Notes: generated from the sequence alone by a model not told the origin. A DNA stretch of 52,207 bases from Aquificaceae bacterium (GCA_015490115.1 WFYM01000015.1:1-52207), one strand, 5' to 3'; numbered from the stretch's first letter, positions 19,616 through 29,109 are shown. Made by a program: numbers and translations.

Positions 19616-20000
19616 ACTTCTTTACTAAGAGGTTTACGTTCCTAAAACCGTTCCTGTTGAGGACATCCATTACACTTACGAAGGCTTGAACTTTAGCTTC
19701 TCTGTCGATCCTGAGGTTGACGGGTGTATTTCTTTCTATAAGTTTTAAGTTCTCCGAGAGTTCCTTCAGGCTTACCTCTTTACTTCCGAGGAAGACGGTT
19801 CCGTCCCTCTTTACTGTTATGTTGATAGCTTGATACGTTCTCCCCTCCTTAGGACTCTCCGCGGAAGGCAAGCTCACGGGCATCTCACCCTGAGCTACGA
19901 AGGTGGCTGTGGTAAGGACTATGGTAAGAAGCACTAGCATTATGTCGACGAGGGGAACCACGTTTATGTAGTCGAACTCTTTACCCTCCATTTTCGACAT
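19605..20000 (-). CDS. exbD: Biopolymer transporter ExbD
   Basis: [14 protein letters not shown] and V.LP.A motifs. Alternative start ATG 19991. Confidence 0.93.
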   Translation of the reverse strand: MSKMEGKEFDYINVVPLVDIMLVLLTIVLTTATFVAQGEMPVSLPSAESPKEGRTYQAINITVKRDGTVFLGSKEVSLKELSENLKLIERNTPVNLRIDREAKVQAFVSVMDVLNRNGFRNVNLLVKKYEH

Positions 20001-20406
20001 CCCACCTCGCCATTAAGACCTTCACCTTTCTCATCAGCAGGTTGTAGAGAACTACGGAAGGGATCGCTACGAGCAGTCCGACAGCGGTAGCCTTCAAGGC
20101 GAGGGCGAGACCCACCATTACCTCTTTCGTGTCCACAAAGCCGTGGGTTCCTATCCTGTAAAAGGTTAGCATTATCCCGAGGACGGTCCCGAGAAGTCCA
20201 ACATAGGGTGCGTTCGACCCGACTGTAGCTACAATGTGGAGACCCTTCGTAAGCTCTACCTCGAGGTCCCTTCTGCTTTTAAAGTCCTTCAGGTTCACCC
20301 TCCTGAAGAAGAACCACCTCTCGATGGCTATACCCACGGAGACAACGCTCATAAAGAGAAGGACACCTATGACTCCGTAGTCTACAAGCTCCTTCACCCT
20401 CTCCAT
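19981..20406 (-). CDS. exbB: TonB-system energizer ExbB (short type)
   Basis: [20 protein letters not shown] and [16 protein letters not shown]. Confidence 0.93.
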   Translation of the reverse strand: MERVKELVDYGVIGVLLFMSVVSVGIAIERWFFFRRVNLKDFKSRRDLEVELTKGLHIVATVGSNAPYVGLLGTVLGIMLTFYRIGTHGFVDTKEVMVGLALALKATAVGLLVAIPSVVLYNLLMRKVKVLMARWDVENGG

Positions 20407-20407
20407 G

Positions 20408-20457
20408 GTGTTAATTTTATGATAAAATTAACGTTAATTTAATGTTAAAATTAACAC
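20408..20457. promoter_or_regulatory. Tandem palindromic operator (2 x 23 bp) covering both divergent -10 boxes
   Basis: GTTAATTTTAT-G-ATAAAATTAAC (20410-20432, perfect 11-1-11) is followed by GTTAATTTAATGTTAAAATTAAC (20433-20455). The whole 50 bp is itself an inverted repeat with 3 mismatches. Confidence 0.8.
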
Positions 20458-20478
20458 AAATTTAACAGGAGGTGGAAG

Positions 20479-22467
20479 ATGAGGAAAGTGGGCTTACTCC
20501 TCGCTACCTTCCACTTAGCCTTAGCTCAAGAGGTCCTGCTCGAAGAGATCGAGGTAAAAGCCAAAAGAGAAACCGTAACCGAGCAAGAAGTCTTGGAGAG
20601 CTTCGCGAAGGACCCGGCTGAAGCCCTCTCGATCGTGGAAGGGGTTTGGAAGCTGAGGAAGGGAGGTATAGCCAACGACGTTGTCATCAGAGGCTTCGGC
20701 GGGAGAAACATCACCGTCCTCTTCGACGGTGCGAGGATACAGGGTGCCTGCCCGAATAGGATGGACCCTCCCCTCTTCCACGTGGACTTTTCGGAGGTGG
20801 AGGAGATAGAAATTATCAAGGGGCCCTTCGACGTCAGGAACTACGGTAGCCTCGGCGGGACGGTGAACGTGGTAACGGTAAGACCGAGGAAGGGCTTTCG
20901 CGGAAAGCTTAACTTGGGATCGGGATCCTTTTCCTACTTCAACCCCTCCTTTAACATCTCCTACGGAAGGGAGAAGTTTTACTGGGTCCTCGGATACTCC
21001 TACAGGTATTCTAAACCTTACAAAACGGGAGAGGGTAAGAGGTTCACCGAATACACCAACTACAAACCCGAATACGTGAACTCGACAGCCTTCAGCATAA
21101 ATACTATATGGACTAAGGCGGGCTTTATGTTCTCGAAGGATTCTAAGTTGGAACTCTCCTATACAGCTCAGAGGATAAGGGACGTCCTCTACCCCTACCT
21201 CATGATGGACTCTCCCGAGGATAACGCGGACAGGCTGAGCCTCACCTTAAAGCACGGTGGGCTGAAGCTAAACACGTATTACTCTTACGTTTACCACCTC
21301 ATGGACAGCTCAAAGAGGACCGCGACCCCCTTCATGGAAACGGTGGCAAGGTCGAAGATTTACGGTATCAAGGCGGAGTATGACTTGGGAAGGTTTAGCT
21401 TGGGTCTTGAGGCTTTCAGTTGGAACTGGAGGGCGAGGACAAGGATGGGAACCATGCCAGCCCAGAACACTATCCCCGACGTGGAAACAATAGACTTGGG
21501 TGTGTTCGGAGAATACAGGAAGAGGTTAGGGAAAGGTTTAAAGCTCGTTTTAGGTTTCAGGTTAGACACTACACGGACAAAAGCTGACGAAAACAAAGCC
21601 AACACAGCCCTCTACTACAGATACCACGGAACGAAAAGCACAAGCAGAAGAGACACTTACCCTTCAGGGAACGTCCAGCTGTCCTACGAACTGTCCGAGG
21701 ACCTTCAGTTCTTCGGAGGTGTCGGTTATTCGGTGAGGGTCCCCGACGCTCAGGAGAGGTATTTCGCCCTCGACAGGATGGGTGTTATGGAAACGAGATA
21801 TGGAGACTGGGTCGGAAACCCTGACCTCAAGCCCTCGAAAAATACCGAGATAGACCTCGGTGTGAGGCTGAGAACCGGCAGGGTAAGTGCGGACCTCTCG
21901 GTCTTTTACAGCTTCGTAAAGGACTTTGTAACCCTATACAACGATACGACGGTTTACGGATCACCTGCGGGGGCGGACAGCGACGACAAGGCACGATCAT
22001 ACACAAACGTTGACGCAAACTTCTACGGCGGTGAACTGAGTGTGACGGTAGCTGTAACGGACACCCTCTTCTTAGAGATGGGATCCTCTTACATAAGGGG
22101 CAAAAAGGAAACGGACCCCTCCAGAAACATAACGGACGAGGACATAGCGGAGATACCGCCTATGAAAGGCAGGCTGGCACTCAGATACGACACGGGCGCT
22201 TACTTCGCTCAGGTGGAGGGTATCTTCCAAGCGACGCAGGACAAGGTAGACTCCGACCTCGGAGAGGAGAAAACACCCGGATGGGGTGTTGTAAACATCA
22301 AAGCGGGTGCTGAGATTGGAAGGGCAAGGCTACTGCTCGGAGTTGAGAACCTCTTTGACAAGTTTTACTACGAACACCTCTCCTATCTCAGGGATCCCTT
22401 CTCCGCAGGCACAAAGGTTCCGGAGCCGGGAAGGAGCTTTTATGTTAACCTTATCTATAACTTCTGA
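20479..22467 (+). CDS. TonB-dependent receptor, OprC/NosA-like copper receptor
   Basis: Signal peptide, TonB box LEEIEV, plug with GACPNRMDPP (CxxxM), barrel HLM (HxM), GNPDLKP, NLFDK.Y and C-terminal Phe. AGGAGG RBS. Confidence 0.88.
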   Translation: MRKVGLLLATFHLALAQEVLLEEIEVKAKRETVTEQEVLESFAKDPAEALSIVEGVWKLRKGGIANDVVIRGFGGRNITVLFDGARIQGACPNRMDPPLFHVDFSEVEEIEIIKGPFDVRNYGSLGGTVNVVTVRPRKGFRGKLNLGSGSFSYFNPSFNISYGREKFYWVLGYSYRYSKPYKTGEGKRFTEYTNYKPEYVNSTAFSINTIWTKAGFMFSKDSKLELSYTAQRIRDVLYPYLMMDSPEDNADRLSLTLKHGGLKLNTYYSYVYHLMDSSKRTATPFMETVARSKIYGIKAEYDLGRFSLGLEAFSWNWRARTRMGTMPAQNTIPDVETIDLGVFGEYRKRLGKGLKLVLGFRLDTTRTKADENKANTALYYRYHGTKSTSRRDTYPSGNVQLSYELSEDLQFFGGVGYSVRVPDAQERYFALDRMGVMETRYGDWVGNPDLKPSKNTEIDLGVRLRTGRVSADLSVFYSFVKDFVTLYNDTTVYGSPAGADSDDKARSYTNVDANFYGGELSVTVAVTDTLFLEMGSSYIRGKKETDPSRNITDEDIAEIPPMKGRLALRYDTGAYFAQVEGIFQATQDKVDSDLGEEKTPGWGVVNIKAGAEIGRARLLLGVENLFDKFYYEHLSYLRDPFSAGTKVPEPGRSFYVNLIYNF

Positions 22468-22474
22468 GAGTGCG

Positions 22475-23131
22475 ATGAAGGCTCTCGACAAAGCCCTCGA
22501 CGTTCTGGAATACCTGATGAAAAAGGGTGTTGCGGGCGTTACCGAGATAAGCAATGAACTCAACCTCAACAAGAACAACGTCTTCAGGATATTAGCTACC
22601 TTCGAGGAACACAGGCTTATAGAGAAGGAGACGGACAAGTATAAGCTCTCCGTAGGCTGCGTTGTCCTCGGCTACGGCTTCCTCCACAAGCACCCTCTTA
22701 CCAGACTTTCCGTCCCGGTTCTAAAGACGCTAAAGTTCAAGTTCGGAGAGACGGTAAATTTAGCTATCCTCGACGAAAAAAAGCGGTATGTGATCTACGT
22801 AGCCTCGGAGGAGACCATAAAGCCCGTGAAGGTAAAGTCGAGGCTGGGGAGAAGATACAGCATAAACAGCTCGGTCAGCTCCTCGAAAGCCATAAAGAAA
22901 GCTCTAAAAGGTGAGGACGGTCTTGTCTTCGACTACGAATACGACGAAAAGTCGGGCATATCTGGGGGAGCTTGCGTCATAAGGGACTACAAGGGAAGAC
23001 CCGTAGGAGCTGTTGAGCTTATAGCTCCCTTATACAGACTGCCCTTAAAGGCTATAGAGGAGAAGGTAAGACCCCTCCTCGAAGACGCAGCCCTCGACAT
23101 ATCCCTGAAGCTCGGCTTTAGGAAAGTTTGA
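22475..23131 (+). CDS. IclR-family transcriptional regulator (shortened effector domain)
   Basis: KALDKALDVLEYL...GVTEISNEL.LNKNNVFRILATF HTH and GETVNLA. Start ATG 22475, 7 bp after the receptor stop. Confidence 0.85.
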   Translation: MKALDKALDVLEYLMKKGVAGVTEISNELNLNKNNVFRILATFEEHRLIEKETDKYKLSVGCVVLGYGFLHKHPLTRLSVPVLKTLKFKFGETVNLAILDEKKRYVIYVASEETIKPVKVKSRLGRRYSINSSVSSSKAIKKALKGEDGLVFDYEYDEKSGISGGACVIRDYKGRPVGAVELIAPLYRLPLKAIEEKVRPLLEDAALDISLKLGFRKV

Positions 23132-24149
23132 GGACAACCTTCCCGAAGTGCTTTGAAGCTTCTAAATACCTGTGAGCTTCAGGACCCTCCTTCAGGTCGA
23201 AGACCTTATCTACAACAGGCTTTAATTTCCCTTCTCTGAAGAGCTTCGTTATCCTGAAGAGGCTTTCCCTCCTTCCCATGTAAACTCCGTGGAGGGTTAT
23301 CTCCCTAACGAAGAGGTGCCTTATGTTTATCTCAGCCTTGTCCCCTGTGGTGGTCCCGAAGAAGAGGAGCTTCCCTCCCTTCCTCAAACACTCAACGCTC
23401 TTCCAAAATGTGGCGGAGCCGACGTGGTCGACTACCAAGTCAATACCCTCATTGAATAGGTCCCTTACCCTCTTTACGACGTCCTCCTCGTAGTGGTTTA
23501 TCACAAGGTCCGCACCGAGCTGTTTGCACTTTTTTAGTTTCTCGTCCGTCCCAGCTGTTGCGATCACGAAAGCTCCGAAGAGCTTGGCTATCTGTATAGC
23601 CATAACACCTATCCCTGAAGACCCTCCCCACACGAGGACCCTGTCGCCGGGCTTTATCTTCCCTTTGTCAACGAGGGCGTTCCAGACGGTAAGCGAAGTG
23701 AGGGGATAGCTCGAAGCCTCTTCGAAGGAGAGGTTCTCGGGTTTTCTTATCAGGTTCCTCTCAGGGACCACAACGAACTCGGCGTAGCCCCCTTTGGATC
23801 TCAGACCCAGTATATCGTAGTCCTTGCAGAGGTTGTCCTCTCCGGCTTGGCACATCTCACAGAGACCGCACGAGAGTCCGGGGGCGACGATGACTTCGTC
23901 CCCCTCCTTGAACCTCCTCACCCCCGGACCAACCTTGTCCACGACACCGCTCACATCGGAGCCGAGTATGTGGGGGAGATCCGGCTTCACTGGAAGGGAC
24001 CCTGTCCTTACCCATACGTCGAGGTGGTTGAGAGCAACAGCTTTGACCCTCACCCTCACCTCCCCCTCCTTAGGCTCAGGGTCGGGGAAGTCTTCGGTGT
24101 ATCTTAGCTTCTCCGGACCTCCGAAGCCTTCGAGGAGGAGTGCCTTCAT
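23118..24149 (-). CDS. Zinc-binding dehydrogenase / quinone oxidoreductase (MDR family)
   Basis: ALNHLD, PHILGSD, structural Zn CGLCEMC...C, GGSSGIG and HFGKVVL. Confidence 0.92.
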   Translation of the reverse strand: MKALLLEGFGGPEKLRYTEDFPDPEPKEGEVRVRVKAVALNHLDVWVRTGSLPVKPDLPHILGSDVSGVVDKVGPGVRRFKEGDEVIVAPGLSCGLCEMCQAGEDNLCKDYDILGLRSKGGYAEFVVVPERNLIRKPENLSFEEASSYPLTSLTVWNALVDKGKIKPGDRVLVWGGSSGIGVMAIQIAKLFGAFVIATAGTDEKLKKCKQLGADLVINHYEEDVVKRVRDLFNEGIDLVVDHVGSATFWKSVECLRKGGKLLFFGTTTGDKAEINIRHLFVREITLHGVYMGRRESLFRITKLFREGKLKPVVDKVFDLKEGPEAHRYLEASKHFGKVVLKLS

Positions 24150-24706
24150 CCCTCCTCCACCGCGTAGACACCTTTTAAGTTCCTTCCCAGTTCCCCCCAG
24201 TCGAGTCCGTAGCCTACGAGAAACTTGTTGGGAACCTCAAAGCCGAGGTAGTCTGGAGTGAAGTCAACTTTCTTCCTTCCCTTCTTTTCGAGGAGAACGC
24301 AGGTCTTTAGGACCGCAGGCTTCTTTGATATCAGGAAGCTGTGGATCTCCTTGAGGGTGAGTCCCGTGTCGAGTATGTCGTCGACTAAAAGGACCCATCT
24401 CCCCTCCACGTCCGTGTCGAGGTCCTTGACTATCCTTATCTTCCCCGAGCTTTCCATGGACTGACCGTAGCTGGAGACCCAAAGAAAGTCAACAACCACA
24501 GGCATCCCGATCTCCCTGATGAGGTCCGCAACGAATACGAAGGAGCCTTTCAAGAGTCCGACGACCACAGGTTCCTCCGGTGAACCCAAGAAATCCTTCT
24601 CTATTTGTTTGGCGAGTTCCCTCACCCTCTTTCTTATGGTCTCCTCGTCTATCAAGAGGCTCAGCCTTCTTCCCCTTATGTTCCACATGGGTTTTAATTC
24701 TATCAC
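24146..24706 (-). CDS. hpt: Hypoxanthine phosphoribosyltransferase
   Basis: GLLKGSFVFVADL, VSSYG, VLLVDDILDTGLTL and FLVGYGLD. Confidence 0.95.
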   Translation of the reverse strand: MIELKPMWNIRGRRLSLLIDEETIRKRVRELAKQIEKDFLGSPEEPVVVGLLKGSFVFVADLIREIGMPVVVDFLWVSSYGQSMESSGKIRIVKDLDTDVEGRWVLLVDDILDTGLTLKEIHSFLISKKPAVLKTCVLLEKKGRKKVDFTPDYLGFEVPNKFLVGYGLDWGELGRNLKGVYAVEEG

Positions 24707-25155
24707 GGGGATGCGTCACAGAGCTTCAGCTCCATGACGAGGGCGTTCTCCCCGTCCGAGTAAAATCCGGGTCTTTCCTTGACCACCTTAAATCCCATGG
24801 ACCTGTATAACCTTATCGCAGGTATGTTCGACTTCCTGACGTCGAGGGAGACTATCTTGGCTTTACCCTTCAAGAAGTTTATTACCCTCTTGAGGAACCA
24901 CCTTCCCACTCCCTTCCCCCTCCACTCGGGAGCTACGGCGAAGGTCATTATGAAGGCTTCCTCTTTTATTAACCAGACGAAGGTGTATCCGATCACCTTT
25001 CCCTCCCTTTCGACGACGAACCTGTGGGAGTGGGGTAGCCTGAACTCCCTCTCGAGGGCTTCCCTGCTCCAAGCGTCCGTTGTGAAGGAGCTTCTGTTTA
25101 TCCTGTATACCTCTTCGAGATCTTCGGGAGTCATCTCCCTCACTTTAAGACCCAT
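24703..25155 (-). CDS. rimI: Ribosomal protein S18 alanine N-acetyltransferase
   Basis: GNAT motifs AVAPEWRGKGVG, LDVRKSN..AIRLY..GF and RPGFYSDGENALVM. Confidence 0.88.
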   Translation of the reverse strand: MGLKVREMTPEDLEEVYRINRSSFTTDAWSREALEREFRLPHSHRFVVEREGKVIGYTFVWLIKEEAFIMTFAVAPEWRGKGVGRWFLKRVINFLKGKAKIVSLDVRKSNIPAIRLYRSMGFKVVKERPGFYSDGENALVMELKLCDASP

Positions 25156-25176
25156 AATTATGATATTAAGGAGGTT

Positions 25177-26445
25177 ATGGTTGCCCTTCTGACAGCCATA
25201 TTACTTTTGGTAGGTCCCGTCTTCCCTAAAGTGTTCGTGGCGAAGTGGGAGGGACCTATAACCCCGATCACAGCGGACTTCATAGACAGGGCTATCTCGA
25301 AGGCGGAGAGGGAAGGTGGGACTCTCTTTGTCCTCGAACTCAACACCCCCGGCGGTCTCGCCGACTCCATGAGGAAGATAATCCAAAGGTTTCACAGGAC
25401 ACCCCTTCCCGTGGTCGTCTTCGTCTACCCTCCGGGAGGGAGGGCTGCCTCCGCAGGGGCGATAATAACCGTAGCTGCTGACATCGCAGCCATGTCTCCC
25501 GGAACAAACATAGGTGCAGCCCATCCCGTCCAGCTGGGAAGGAGAGAAAAGAAAGAAGGGAAGGACGTTATGGAGGAGAAGATCCTTCAAGACATGCTCG
25601 CCTTTGTGAGGAGCATAGCAAAGGAAAAGGGGAGGAACGTGGAGGTTGTGGAACGCATGGTAAAGGAGAGCCTCGCCCTCTCAGCTGAAGAAGCTCTCAA
25701 GGAAGGTGTCATAGACCTCATAGCGACGGACCTTTCAGATCTGCTCAGGAAGATAGAGGGGAGGAAGGTGAAAAAGTTCGGGGGTGAGATAACCGTAAAG
25801 GCTGAAGGTCTTCCCGTTGCATACGTTGAGGAGAACCTAAAAGAGCAGATCCTGAAGATACTCACGAACCCCACGGTCGCATACCTACTCCTGATGATAG
25901 GCTTTTACGGTATCTTCTTCGAGCTTTACAACCCCGGAGCTATAGTTCCGGGTGTTGTGGGAGCTATAAGCCTTCTCCTCGGACTCTACGGTCTCTCCCT
26001 TATATCTATGAACTGGCTCGGTCTTTTGCTCATAGCCCTCGGCATACTTCTCTTTGTCCTCGAACTCATAACTCCCACCTTCGGCGCCCTTACGGTGGGA
26101 GGTGTGATATCCCTCGCCCTCGGCTCCCTATTCCTTATAGACCCAGAATCCCCTTACGGGGACATACCGAAGTCCGTTATAGTGACCGTTGTCCTCGCAA
26201 GCACAGCCTTCTTCCTGATAGCCGGGAGGTTCGGTCTCAAAGCCCAAAAGAGGAAGAAGCTCACGGGTTCGGAAGGTATGGTGGGAGAAGAAGGGGAGGC
26301 GGTGACCACCTTCAAAAGGGGGAAGGGGAAGGTTTTAGTTCACGGTGAGATATGGAACGCGGAGAGCGACCAGAACATAAAGAAGGGGGATAAGGTTAGG
26401 GTAGTGGGTATAAAGGGTCTCACCCTCAGAGTTGAGAAGATCTGA
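25177..26445 (+). CDS. nfeD: NfeD family membrane-bound ClpP-class serine protease (long form)
   Basis: LNTPGG, AASAG, MSPGTNIGAAHP, multi-TM region and C-terminal OB domain GEIWNAES. Confidence 0.93.
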   Translation: MVALLTAILLLVGPVFPKVFVAKWEGPITPITADFIDRAISKAEREGGTLFVLELNTPGGLADSMRKIIQRFHRTPLPVVVFVYPPGGRAASAGAIITVAADIAAMSPGTNIGAAHPVQLGRREKKEGKDVMEEKILQDMLAFVRSIAKEKGRNVEVVERMVKESLALSAEEALKEGVIDLIATDLSDLLRKIEGRKVKKFGGEITVKAEGLPVAYVEENLKEQILKILTNPTVAYLLLMIGFYGIFFELYNPGAIVPGVVGAISLLLGLYGLSLISMNWLGLLLIALGILLFVLELITPTFGALTVGGVISLALGSLFLIDPESPYGDIPKSVIVTVVLASTAFFLIAGRFGLKAQKRKKLTGSEGMVGEEGEAVTTFKRGKGKVLVHGEIWNAESDQNIKKGDKVRVVGIKGLTLRVEKI

Positions 26446-26692
26446 TCCTCCTTACGAAGACGAGGACCTTGGCTACCGCCTCGTAAAGGACGGGAGGTAT
26501 CTCCTCGAAGACATCCACCCTCACAAGTGCCTCGACGAGTTCCCTGTCCTCGACTACGGGTATGCCCTCCTTTTTTGCCATCTCTATTATCCTCTCAGCC
26601 AAAGACCCCTGCCCCTTGGCTACAACTACTGGGGCTTTGTCCTTTTCGGGATCGTATCTCAAAGCTACAGCCTTTTTCCTTTCCATGTTCAC
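26426..26692 (-). CDS. Stand-alone FlhB C-terminal-like protein (FlhX/YlqH family)
   Basis: KAVALRYDP..D.APVVVAKG.G.LAERI and EIPP.LYEAVAKVL. Confidence 0.9.
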   Translation of the reverse strand: MNMERKKAVALRYDPEKDKAPVVVAKGQGSLAERIIEMAKKEGIPVVEDRELVEALVRVDVFEEIPPVLYEAVAKVLVFVRRIRSSQL

Positions 26693-28239
26693 ACCCTCAA
26701 CGTGAAGGAGGTCTCCTCTCCAAGCTCCTCCTCGAAACCCTCCTCCTTCAGCTTCTTTACCTCGAACCTCCCGACTTCGAGACCTATCTCCTTAAGCTCC
26801 CTCACGAGGTCCTCCCTCCTCCTTTCCACCTCCTCACCGAGGTGGGGTATGTCCGTGGAGAAGGAGAGGTTTATACGGCTGGGATCCTTTACCTTAGGTG
26901 CTTCCATGATAACACCGAAGAAGCCCTCCTCGAAACTCAGCTTTATAATTATCCTGTAGACGTCCTTCAAGGCGAACAGGAGAAATCCCCTCCCCTCCTC
27001 GGTCCTGAAGGGTATCAGGAACCTCCTCCCCTCCTTGGAAACCATGAAGCTCTGGAGGTGTCCCAAGAGTTCGAGCTTCTCAAGGTCTTCCTTCGCACCT
27101 TTCGGCACAGCCTTCTCTATTGCTTCCTTTAAAGACTTCAGCTTCTCGAGTTCCTTCTGCATACCCTTCAGGTTCTCGATCAGGTTCCTTACGTCTTTGG
27201 ATCCTGTGTCTTCGAGGAGTCCTTGAACCGCACCACTCACGAGGGGTGTGAGCTGGCGTAGGAGTTCCCCCTTCACGAGGGGGAGGGAGTCCCAGGCTTT
27301 CAGCTCAACTCCCAATATCCTCAGCTTCTCAACAGCCTCACCCCACCTGTTCATTTTTATACTCTCGACAGCACTCTTCAAAAGGTCGAGGGATCTGGGG
27401 TCTCCGGAGACGGACCTTAGTATCTTCTCTTTCAGAGATGCGTTGACTCCGAGGTTTCTGAGGACCTGAAGTAGCTTCCCTATAAGGGTAGTTACCCTGC
27501 CCTCGACGGAGGACCTGATCTTCCTTATTCGCCCTTCGAGGAGGGAGATCCTCCTTTCAAGTTCCCTCGAGAGTTCCTCAGCTCCGAGGAGAAAATCTAC
27601 CTTGTCACCGGACCTCAAGAGTCCGAGGAGCTTCTCCTTCTTTTCCTCGAGATCCTCCGGGAGACGGTAGGATCTCAAAACCTCCTCCATGCGGGAGGTG
27701 TCGGCTGAGCTGAGGTTTTTCAGTATAAGGAACTTGGTGTCTTTTTCCACCTCTCCCCTTTCCAAGCTCCCCTTTAAAAACTCCCACACCCTCCTTTCGT
27801 AAAAGATCCCCGACCTTTCCACCGATTCCCTGAACCTTTCCGGGACGAGCCTTATGAAGCTCACCCCTTCTTTCAGTATCCTCCTCCAAAGGTCCCTAAT
27901 ACCTGTCGAGAGCGTCCCCGATTCTACCCTAAGGACGAGGGGTTCCCTCGACTGGACCGAGAGGAGGAGCCTCTCCCCCTCGGCTACGGGTCTGCTCAGC
28001 CTGTTCTCCGCATGGATCTCGTATCCGTTCTCGAGGAGAAGGACTACCCTTTGAGGTGTCACCTCCCTCACAACCGCTGTGAACCTCGAACCAAGCTCCC
28101 TCAAGGAAGCCATTAAGGCTTCCGGGACGCTCGAGAGTATCCTTATCTCCATGGACCTTGAGACCCTGTAGGCTTCCCTCGCCCTGTCCCTGAGGAGGGT
28201 CGCATCCAAAAAGACACCCTCTACCCTTCTCCCTTCCAT
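26689..28239 (-). CDS. Putative flagellar hook-length control (FliK/YlqG-like) protein
   Basis: Long helical protein with SGIFYE motif and a FliK_C-like end (beta strands then L..EL.EIGL.V). Lies immediately upstream of the FlhB-C-like gene, the usual pairing. Confidence 0.55.
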   Translation of the reverse strand: MEGRRVEGVFLDATLLRDRAREAYRVSRSMEIRILSSVPEALMASLRELGSRFTAVVREVTPQRVVLLLENGYEIHAENRLSRPVAEGERLLLSVQSREPLVLRVESGTLSTGIRDLWRRILKEGVSFIRLVPERFRESVERSGIFYERRVWEFLKGSLERGEVEKDTKFLILKNLSSADTSRMEEVLRSYRLPEDLEEKKEKLLGLLRSGDKVDFLLGAEELSRELERRISLLEGRIRKIRSSVEGRVTTLIGKLLQVLRNLGVNASLKEKILRSVSGDPRSLDLLKSAVESIKMNRWGEAVEKLRILGVELKAWDSLPLVKGELLRQLTPLVSGAVQGLLEDTGSKDVRNLIENLKGMQKELEKLKSLKEAIEKAVPKGAKEDLEKLELLGHLQSFMVSKEGRRFLIPFRTEEGRGFLLFALKDVYRIIIKLSFEEGFFGVIMEAPKVKDPSRINLSFSTDIPHLGEEVERRREDLVRELKEIGLEVGRFEVKKLKEEGFEEELGEETSFTLRV

Positions 28240-29109
28240 CTAACTCATATATTCGGAGCTTTTGGAGAGTATAAAAGCCAAAGCTCCCCTCGCCCCCATG
28301 AACTCACCTGACCTCGAAAAGGAGAGCTTAAGATCCCTCGCGGGCAAGTCCTCTACCCTTTCTTTCAGGTCCCCCTCGAGGTCACCGAGGAGGGCTTTGA
28401 GACCCTCTAAAACACCGCCCGCGAGGACGATCCTGTCGGGGTTCAGTATGTGAACCACGTTCGAAAGACCGACGAGCAGGTGTTCCCTGAATACCTTTAC
28501 AGCTTCGAGAGCCTTTTCCTCTCCGCGGGAAGCCCTTTCCGCTATCTCCCTGTCCGTCGCCTCCTCTCCCCCAAGCTCCCTGTATATCCTCTCGAGACCG
28601 TAAGAGGAGCAGTAAGCCTCCCAGCAACCTTTTCTTCCGCAACTGCAAAAAGCCCCTCCCTCCACTATCGTGTGGTGTCCTATCTCCATCGCGGATCCCC
28701 CCGCCCCGAGGAAGGGTTTACCGTCGACGACGAGACCTCCTCCGAGACCGGTCCCCACCGCGACGAGAACGAGGACTTTAGAGTCCCTGTAGTCGTAAAA
28801 CCACTCTCCGTAAGCACCGAGGGTAACGTCGTTCCCGACAGCTACGGGGATGTCACCGAAGAGACCCGCCATGTCGACGCCGTCGAGGGAGGGTATGTTA
28901 GGTGATCTGAATACTTTACCTTCCGCGGAGGTAAAGCCCGCAACCGCAAGACCAACACCTGAAGGGTTCCCCTCCCTCACGACTTCGGTAATCTTCGTAA
29001 GGAGCCTCCCTCTGTCGTGCTTTATGTCCTTTATGTAATGCTTCTCCCTCCTTCCGTCCTCCCAAAGGACCTTTATGAATGTCCCTCCGACGTCAACCCC
29101 TTTGAACAT
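28240..29109 (-). CDS. ROK-family sugar kinase (glucokinase-like)
   Basis: GVDVGGT, ND...GE, GTGLGGG and EIGH...CSCGRKGCWEAY. Confidence 0.93.
   Translation of the reverse strand: MFKGVDVGGTFIKVLWEDGRREKHYIKDIKHDRGRLLTKITEVVREGNPSGVGLAVAGFTSAEGKVFRSPNIPSLDGVDMAGLFGDIPVAVGNDVTLGAYGEWFYDYRDSKVLVLVAVGTGLGGGLVVDGKPFLGAGGSAMEIGHHTIVEGGAFCSCGRKGCWEAYCSSYGLERIYRELGGEEATDREIAERASRGEEKALEAVKVFREHLLVGLSNVVHILNPDRIVLAGGVLEGLKALLGDLEGDLKERVEDLPARDLKLSFSRSGEFMGARGALAFILSKSSEYMS

Noticed and set aside
18890-23140. Possible mobile island boundaries around the TonB/receptor locus
   Set aside because: No flanking direct repeats, integrase or transposase seen; horizontal origin remains only a compositional impression.
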